Source of the DNA: Alphaproteobacteria bacterium
GTDB taxonomy: Bacteria > Pseudomonadota > Alphaproteobacteria > UBA828
DNA: 64,000 nt
Assembly: GCA_965220745.1 (NCBI GenBank)
Contig: CBDCQT010000011.1
Span: forward strand, 256,001 to 320,000
Direction: 5' to 3'
Part shown: piece after piece, positions 57,648 through 64,000 of the stretch
Position numbering within the stretch: the first letter of the stretch is position 1
Layout: every line of letters begins with the position of its first letter
The notes under the pieces: generated by a model
Told to the model about the DNA's origin: nothing
The model's input: the letters and a program-made list of their open reading frames with translations, nothing else
Database searches by the model: none
Program-made: the position numbers and the translations under genes

Positions 57648-59834
57648 CTACCCTCCGGCCGCCGGGCCCCTGTTCCCGGTGAGCGCGGTCATCATGTTGT
57701 CGATCAGCCGCATGCCGATGTTGTCGTCCAGGGAGAGGATCGATTCCGGGTGGAACTGCACGGCGGCGATGGGTCTCTCCCGGTGCTCCAGCGCCATCAC
57801 AACGCCGTCATCGGTTTCGGCGGTGACCTTGAGCAGGTCGTCGGGGAGCGATACGCGCGCGGCATAGAGCGAGTGGTAGCGCCCGACGCGGAAGCGCTCG
57901 GGCAACCCCTGGAAGAGGGCGCTGGCCTTCGCCGTGACCTCCGACGGCTTGCCGTGCACCGGCTCGTCGAGCTGGCCGAGCCGGCCGCCGAAATACTCCG
58001 CCACGGCCTGAAGCCCGAGACAGACGCCGAAGAGCGGCACGCCCTTCGCCAGCACCAGCTCGATGGTCTCGGCCGTGCCGAAATCCTCGGGCCGGCCGGG
58101 GCCCGGCGAGAGCACGACCAGATCGGGCGCGCCGTCCCGCAACACCTCGCGCGCCGGTTCGGGCCGCAGTGTCTCGACCTGGGCGCCGGTCTGGCGCAGG
58201 TAGTTGGCGAGTGTGTGGACGAAGGAATCCTCGTGATCGACCAGGAGGACCCGCCTGGCAGGCCCCAGCTGGGCTGAGGGCGCGCGCGCCGGCGCGGGCG
58301 CAGCCTCCGCCCGCACGGCGGCGAACAGCGCCGAGGCCTTGAGCCGGCACTCCTCGTCCTCGGCGTCCGGGTCGCTGTCATAGAGCAGCGTGGCGCCGGC
58401 TCTGATCTCGGCGATGCCGTCCTTCATGCGGACGGTGCGGAGCGTGAGCCCGGTGTTCATCGCCCCGTCGAAGCCGATGCGGCCGATGGCGCCGCCGTAC
58501 CAGCGCCGCGCCGAGCGCTCGTTCGCCTCGATGAAGCGGATCGCCCAGTGCTTGGGCGCGCCGGTCACCGTCACCGCCCAGGTGTGGCTGAGGAAGGCGT
58601 CCAGCGCATCGAACTCGGGGCGGAGGATGCCTTCGACGTGATCGACGGTGTGGATCAGGCGCGAGTAGAGCTCTACCTGGCGCCGGCCGATCACCCGCAC
58701 CGAGCCCGGCTCGCAGATACGCGACTTATCGTTGCGGTCGACGTCGGTGCACATGGTCAGCTCGGCTTCGTCCTTGGCCGAATTGAGGAGCTTCGCGATC
58801 TGCGCGGCATCGCCCAGCGCATCCTTGCCGCGCGCGATGGTGCCGGAGATCGGGCAGGTCTCGACCCGGCGGCCCTCCACCCGCACGTACATCTCGGGCG
58901 AAGCGGCGACCAGGAACTCGCCGACGCCCAAGTTCATCAGCGCGCAGTAGGGCGCAGGATTGAGAGTGCGCAGGCGGTCGAACACCGCGGACGGCGGGTC
59001 GGCGCAGGCCTCGCTGAACTGCTGGCTCAGCACCACCTCGAAGAGGTCGCCCCGGCGGAACGCATCCTTGGCGCGATCTACTGCCGCCGGGTACTGCCCC
59101 GGTTCGTGGTCGTTGGCCGGCGGTTCGCTGCCGGGGCGGGCAGGCGCGTAGGCGTCCTCGCGCGGCGCGCGGGCCATGTCGCGCGTGTCCCCGCCGGGCG
59201 TGATGAAATCGTAGCGGTGCCGCACCGCCCGGTCCGACATGTGATCGACAACCAGGATCTCGTCCGGCACGAAGAGCACCAGGTCGCGCTGGTCGGCCGG
59301 GCGCTCGAGCTTGAGCGCCACCGGCTCGAACTGGTGGGCGAGGTCGTAGCCGAAGGCCCCGTAGAGGCCGAAATGCTGGTCCTCGTCGTTGCCGAAGAGG
59401 TCGATGACCGCGCGCAGCAAGCTGAAGATCGAAGGCTGCCGGCTGCGCTGCTCCTCGGGCACGATCTCCACAGGAGGATGGATCTGCCCGTGCAGGCGGT
59501 CACCATCCGCCTCAAGAGACGCGACGGCAGCGAGCGGCTCGATCGCGGCGCGGATGGGCTCCAGCAGCACCCTGCCTCTTGGCTCAAGTGCGATGACCTC
59601 GAAATCCCGCCCGCGGCAGGTGATGGCGAGCGGCGGGGCGGCGAAGCCAAGGTCCCAGCGCGTGTAGCGGCCGGGAAACTCGAAGCAGGAGGACATGAGG
59701 ACGCCGGGATAGCGGTCCAGACGCTCGACCAGGTCTGCGGCCGCAGGGCCGACCGCCGCCTCGCGGTCGCTGCGGTGGATGGTGATGCCGCCGCGGGTGC
59801 GATAGCGGCGCTGGCTGGCGTCGGGCTCGCTCAT
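57648..59834 (-). CDS. trpE: Anthranilate synthase, fused TrpE(G)
   Basis: Chorismate-binding domain (ASPE, PISGT, TVTGAPK, RAGAT) fused to GATase (DHEDSF, SPGPG, GVCLG, QFHPES). Confidence 0.95.
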   Translation of the reverse strand: MSEPDASQRRYRTRGGITIHRSDREAAVGPAAADLVERLDRYPGVLMSSCFEFPGRYTRWDLGFAAPPLAITCRGRDFEVIALEPRGRVLLEPIRAAIEPLAAVASLEADGDRLHGQIHPPVEIVPEEQRSRQPSIFSLLRAVIDLFGNDEDQHFGLYGAFGYDLAHQFEPVALKLERPADQRDLVLFVPDEILVVDHMSDRAVRHRYDFITPGGDTRDMARAPREDAYAPARPGSEPPANDHEPGQYPAAVDRAKDAFRRGDLFEVVLSQQFSEACADPPSAVFDRLRTLNPAPYCALMNLGVGEFLVAASPEMYVRVEGRRVETCPISGTIARGKDALGDAAQIAKLLNSAKDEAELTMCTDVDRNDKSRICEPGSVRVIGRRQVELYSRLIHTVDHVEGILRPEFDALDAFLSHTWAVTVTGAPKHWAIRFIEANERSARRWYGGAIGRIGFDGAMNTGLTLRTVRMKDGIAEIRAGATLLYDSDPDAEDEECRLKASALFAAVRAEAAPAPARAPSAQLGPARRVLLVDHEDSFVHTLANYLRQTGAQVETLRPEPAREVLRDGAPDLVVLSPGPGRPEDFGTAETIELVLAKGVPLFGVCLGLQAVAEYFGGRLGQLDEPVHGKPSEVTAKASALFQGLPERFRVGRYHSLYAARVSLPDDLLKVTAETDDGVVMALEHRERPIAAVQFHPESILSLDDNIGMRLIDNMMTALTGNRGPAAGG

Positions 59835-59884
59835 GGCGCTCTTATGCCGCTTGCGGCCACCCCCTTGTCAAGCGACGCGGGGAT

Positions 59885-61309
59885 TCAGAGGCGGCGCAAC
59901 TCCACGACGGATTCGTAGAGCGCGCCCCCGTTGGCCTTGCCGGCGCGGACGCTGGACTCGACGATGCTGCTGCCGACCCTCGTTTCACGGGGAATGTGAA
60001 TGTTCGCGACCTGGAAGCCGCGGGAGGCCGCGATGGCGGCGAGAAAGCGGTCGGTCGGGATCGGCACCCCCTGCAGGATCGAGTTTCCAATTACCACCAG
60101 GGCCGTCGCGCCAGGCCTGAGACACCAGGCCGCACCGTCGAGGAAGCGGGCGCAGTCATTGAAGTAGCGCGCAGCGTAGTTGGCCCAGCCGTTGCCGCCG
60201 TAGACACCCTTCTCGGGGTTGCGCACCCGCACCGCTCCGATGGCCTCCCGAATCGCGTCGTTGTCGATGGACGTGTCGAGATCGATGCGCTCTTCGTCAC
60301 GGGCGTTCTGCCAGTAGGTGCCGACGTTGAGTTCTTCCAGCCGCTTCAGGTCGCGCGGCGCGGCACAGAACCCCAACCAATAGAGGTGCGGGCGGGTGTT
60401 GCGGTTGTAGTGGTAGTTGTTGAGATAGGGCGGCGAGGTGACGAGCAGGTCCACACCGCCTTCACCGAGTTCGGCGTAGCCGTCGAAGAAGGAGTTCTCG
60501 AAGACCCGCCCATCGTCGCGCTCGGGGTTGGCGCGCGTGTCGCGATACCATCCGGCATCGTCCGCCATCTGAGAGAGCTTGGCGGCGATCACGTCAGCTA
60601 CGTCGTCGTCTTCCACGTCCGGCCGCCCGACGGACGCCTTGCGACCCAGGCTCGGCTCATAGGAGTAGTTGGAGTAGTTCACCATGGTCGCCGCGAAGGC
60701 GAGGCGGAACAGCGCGGCGATGGGCGCATCTAGCGTGGCCATGAAATCGAAGGCCAGCAACACCTTGCGCTCCACCGCCGGGCTGTAGAACGGCGCCCGT
60801 GTGCGAAAGGCGGCGGGAGGCGATGTCTTGGGTGCGCGGCCCGAGTGTTCGCATTCGCCCATGAACGCGACGAAGTCCACGATGCTGGCGCTAAGCCGTG
60901 CGGGCTCCAGCCGGTGCGCCCCCAGCTTCGCCCGCGCGGCGAAAACGGCGTAGGGATTGATCTCGAAGCCGACGGTTTCGTGTCCGGCGAGATCGGCCTC
61001 GATCAGCGTCGTACCGACGCCCGCAAAGGGGTCCAGCACGACGCCCGGCGCCGTCCCCGGCAGGTGGCGGGCCAGCGCGTCCTGCACGAATTGCCGGGAA
61101 AAGCCCGCGATCCAGGGAACCCACCGGTGCACCGGCGCTTCCCGATTGGCCATGAAAGCCGGATCGCGGAAGGCGCTGCTCTCTTGTGCCCGACCGACGG
61201 TGACCGCCGGCGGACGACCATATTGGCCGGGCTCGTGCGCCTTGCGTTCAGGTCGTACGCCGGCGCCGTCCTCAAAGAGAAAGTGTTTCTGACGTGGATC
61301 TATCGGCAC
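59885..61309 (-). CDS. Amino-group DNA methyltransferase (probable N4-cytosine, alpha-type motif order), orphan
   Basis: VLDPFAGVGTT (motif I) N-terminal to VTSPPY (motif IV); start uncertain (GTG 61309 or ATG 61153). Confidence 0.85.
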   Translation of the reverse strand: MPIDPRQKHFLFEDGAGVRPERKAHEPGQYGRPPAVTVGRAQESSAFRDPAFMANREAPVHRWVPWIAGFSRQFVQDALARHLPGTAPGVVLDPFAGVGTTLIEADLAGHETVGFEINPYAVFAARAKLGAHRLEPARLSASIVDFVAFMGECEHSGRAPKTSPPAAFRTRAPFYSPAVERKVLLAFDFMATLDAPIAALFRLAFAATMVNYSNYSYEPSLGRKASVGRPDVEDDDVADVIAAKLSQMADDAGWYRDTRANPERDDGRVFENSFFDGYAELGEGGVDLLVTSPPYLNNYHYNRNTRPHLYWLGFCAAPRDLKRLEELNVGTYWQNARDEERIDLDTSIDNDAIREAIGAVRVRNPEKGVYGGNGWANYAARYFNDCARFLDGAAWCLRPGATALVVIGNSILQGVPIPTDRFLAAIAASRGFQVANIHIPRETRVGSSIVESSVRAGKANGGALYESVVELRRL

Positions 61310-61325
61310 GTCCCGCCGTCGTCGG

Positions 61326-62303
61326 TCAGGGGGTCAGGATGGTCGAGCCCGTGGTCTTGCGGCCCTCCAAGTCGCGGTGCGCCTGGGCGGCCTCGGCCAG
61401 CGGGTAGGTCTGGTGGATCTCGATCTTCACCGCGCCCGAGCGCACCACGTCGAAGAGCGCGCCGGCCGATTCCTCAAGCTCCGGCCGCGTGGCGTTGTAG
61501 CCGAAGAGCGTGGGCCGCGTGATGTAGGCGCTCTTGGGCGCGAGGCGGGCCAGGTTGAAGTCGGTGATGGGGCCGGAGGCGTTGCCGAAGCTCGCGAGAG
61601 TCCCGAGCCGCGCGAGGCTGTTGAGCGAGCCTTCCAGCGTGTCGGCGCCGATGGAATCGTAGACCACGGGGACGCCCTGGCCGTCGGTGATCTCCATCAC
61701 CCGCGCGGCGAAATCCTCGGTCCGGTAGTTGACCGGATGGTCGCAGCCGTGCGCGCTGGCGAGCGCCGCCTTCTCCTCCGAGCCGACGGTGCCGATCACC
61801 GTCACGCCCAGGTGCTTGAGCCATTGGCACTGGATCAGCCCGACGCCGCCGGCTGCCGCGTGCACCAGCACGGTCTCCCCGGCCTTCACCGGGTAGGTGC
61901 GTCGGATCAGGTATTCGACGGTCATGCCTTGCAGCATCATCGCCGCGCCCTGCTCGAAGCTGATGTCGGCAGGGAGCTCTACCAGCGAGCCCGCCGGCAT
62001 GACACGGGCCTCGGAATAGCCGCCCGGCGGCGGCGGGCTGGCGTAGGCCACGCGCACGCCCGCGGAGACCTCGCTCACGCCGTCCCCCACGGCCTCGACC
62101 ACGCCGGCGCCTTCCATGCCGATGGTCCACGGCAGCGAGGGGACCGGGTAGAGGCCCGTGCGGTGATAGACGTCGATGTAGTTGAGGCCGATCGCCTCGT
62201 GGCGCACCAGCGCCTCGCCGGGGCCGGGGTCGGGCAGCGCCACATCCTCGTAATGCAGCACCTCGGGCCCGCCCGCCTCGTGCATCCGCACAGCCTTGAC
62301 CAT
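61326..62303 (-). CDS. qor: NADPH:quinone oxidoreductase (zeta-crystallin/MDR family)
   Basis: GLNYID, GMEGAG, AAAGGVG, YDSIG, GRKTTGS. Confidence 0.9.
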   Translation of the reverse strand: MVKAVRMHEAGGPEVLHYEDVALPDPGPGEALVRHEAIGLNYIDVYHRTGLYPVPSLPWTIGMEGAGVVEAVGDGVSEVSAGVRVAYASPPPPGGYSEARVMPAGSLVELPADISFEQGAAMMLQGMTVEYLIRRTYPVKAGETVLVHAAAGGVGLIQCQWLKHLGVTVIGTVGSEEKAALASAHGCDHPVNYRTEDFAARVMEITDGQGVPVVYDSIGADTLEGSLNSLARLGTLASFGNASGPITDFNLARLAPKSAYITRPTLFGYNATRPELEESAGALFDVVRSGAVKIEIHQTYPLAEAAQAHRDLEGRKTTGSTILTP

Positions 62304-62348
62304 GGTTCTCCCTTTCCTGTCCGGGGCGCCCGCCCGGCCGCGCTCGGC

Positions 62349-62822
62349 TCAGACCGGAAGCTGCGGCGGAAGCGCGCGTTCCAATGCGAGAAGCTGGCGC
62401 TTGGTATCACAGCCGGCGCCGCCGGAGAACCCGCCGAGCGTGCCGCCTGCGCCGACAACCCGGTGGCAGGGGATGATGAGGGGAATCGGGTTGGCGCCGC
62501 AGGCGCCGCCGACGGCGCGAGGCGCACTGTCGAGCGCACGGGCGAGGTCGCCGTAGCTCCGGGTCTGGCCGTAGGGGATCGCCTGCATCGCCGCCCACAC
62601 CTTTAGGCGGAAGGGTGTGCCATGCGGTGCGAGCGGTAGCGTGAACTCGCGCAACGTGCCGGCGAAGTATTCGGTGAGCTGGCGCGCGGCCTCCGCCAGC
62701 AGGCCGCCGTTCGGGCGAGGTCCGCCGCCTGCGCCGAAATCGACGGCCGTGATTTTTTCGTCCTCAGCCGTGATCGTGAGCGGGCCGACGGGGCTGTTGA
62801 TGGTGCAGCGGTCGGCAGGCAT
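62349..62822 (-). CDS. ogt: Methylated-DNA--protein-cysteine methyltransferase
   Basis: IPYGQTRSY, RAVGGACGANP, PCHRV active site. Confidence 0.93.
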   Translation of the reverse strand: MPADRCTINSPVGPLTITAEDEKITAVDFGAGGGPRPNGGLLAEAARQLTEYFAGTLREFTLPLAPHGTPFRLKVWAAMQAIPYGQTRSYGDLARALDSAPRAVGGACGANPIPLIIPCHRVVGAGGTLGGFSGGAGCDTKRQLLALERALPPQLPV

Positions 62823-62827
62823 CGCCC

Positions 62828-64000
62828 TCAGCCCTCCTCGGGCGCCTGCGCCGCCTCACGGAGCGCGGCGCGCAATGCGTCCGGCTCGGTCACCGGCAGG
62901 GAGCAGACCGGACCCACGCACACATAGGCCGTGGCCTTCCCCTCCTGCTGGCCCTTGCCGAAGGCGGGGTGGTCCAGAGGCAGCACATCTTTCGGCGCGA
63001 GCTGGGCCAGCACACGGTTGGGCAGGCTGGTCGCGTAGACGGCATCGACGAGGGCCTTTGTCCCCTCTTCCGCCCGCGTGCCGCAGACCACCACCTGCAC
63101 CGCGCGGCGCAGCACCTCGCTGTTGTTGGCGAGGGTCGAGAGCGGAGAGAAGTTCCGCTCCAGCTCGCCGGAGAACGCCTTGACCAGCGCCTCGGCGCGA
63201 TCGCGATAGGCCGTCTCGCCGGTGAGGTGGTGGAGACGCGCGAGCACGCCCACCATGGTGCCGTTGCCGGCGGGCGTCGCGGCGTCGTGGGCGGTCTTGG
63301 TGCGGCTGATGTTCGCCTCGCCATCGTCCGGCGCGTAGCAATAGCCGCCCTCGTCCGCGTCCCAGTAATGGGCGTCGAGCACCGCGACCCAGCCGCGCGC
63401 ACGCTCCACGTAGGCGCCCTCCCCCGTCGCCTCGGCCAGCATCAGCGCCGCCCGCGCCATTTCGGCATAGTCGTCGAGGAACTCCACGTCCTTGGAGCGG
63501 CCGTGCCGCGCTGCGTGGCGCAGCCTCTCGCCGGCCGCCATGGGGCCTGCGACGTAGTCGAAGGCCTCGACCGCCGCATCGAGCCACGCCGGTGCGCCAA
63601 AGACCATGGCGGCGTTGGCCAGCGCCGCGATCATGAGGCCGTTCCAGTCGGCGAGCACCTTGTCGTCCCAGCCGGGGCGCTCGCGGCCTGCGCGGCGCTC
63701 TAGCAAAACCGTGCGCATCCCCGCGAGGCGGGCTTCGTCTGGCGTCTCGTCGGTGCCGGGCGGCAGGAGCCGGTTGAGGATCGTCTTCCCCTCCCAATTG
63801 CCGCCGGCGCTGACGTCGTAGACGGCCTTGAAGTAAGCCGAGTCCGCGCCGAGCAGTTCGTCGACCTCGGCCTCGTGCCAGACATAGAATTTGCCCTCTT
63901 CGCCCTCGGAATCCGCATCCAGCGCGCTCGCGAAGGCGCCTTCGTCCGTGCGCATCTCGCGCAGCACCCAGGCCACGGTCTCGGCGGCGCGGGCGGCGAA
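62828..64000 (-). CDS. YyaL/SSP411 thioredoxin-domain protein, 5' part outside window
   Basis: SALDADSEGEEGKFYVW, DDKVLADWNGLMI, FLDDYA, C-terminal AYVC...CSLP. Confidence 0.9.
   Translation of the reverse strand, partial: FAARAAETVAWVLREMRTDEGAFASALDADSEGEEGKFYVWHEAEVDELLGADSAYFKAVYDVSAGGNWEGKTILNRLLPPGTDETPDEARLAGMRTVLLERRAGRERPGWDDKVLADWNGLMIAALANAAMVFGAPAWLDAAVEAFDYVAGPMAAGERLRHAARHGRSKDVEFLDDYAEMARAALMLAEATGEGAYVERARGWVAVLDAHYWDADEGGYCYAPDDGEANISRTKTAHDAATPAGNGTMVGVLARLHHLTGETAYRDRAEALVKAFSGELERNFSPLSTLANNSEVLRRAVQVVVCGTRAEEGTKALVDAVYATSLPNRVLAQLAPKDVLPLDHPAFGKGQQEGKATAYVCVGPVCSLPVTEPDALRAALREAAQAPEEG

Overview
High-GC chromosomal window with gene content and order typical of an alphaproteobacterium (Rhodospirillales-like; inferred, not verified). 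Most of it is housekeeping: purH, purF-cvpA-radA, mlaEF, tRNA-Thr, an hpf-ptsN-hprK-rapZ-EIIA-HPr-EI regulatory PTS cluster, ahcY, tsaE-amgK-murU-addB-addA, frameshifted prfB, mrcA, amiC, aroQ-accB-accC-aat, a thiS-thiG fusion and fused trpE(G). Small accessory pieces are interspersed. (i) An IS701-family element interrupts a haloacetate-dehalogenase-like gene, and its reconstructed target is an in-frame amber codon. (ii) A VapC/PIN toxin is paired with an atypical antitoxin candidate (DUF7662-like N-domain), with a palindromic operator over its -10 box. (iii) A low-GC islet next to prfB encodes a Met-rich coiled coil ending in a phage-tail-fibre-like motif. (iv) There is an orphan VapB-like antitoxin with nested palindromes. 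(v) There is an orphan amino-DNA methyltransferase. No CRISPR array, rRNA or prophage was seen. All family assignments come from motif recognition by eye; no database search was run.
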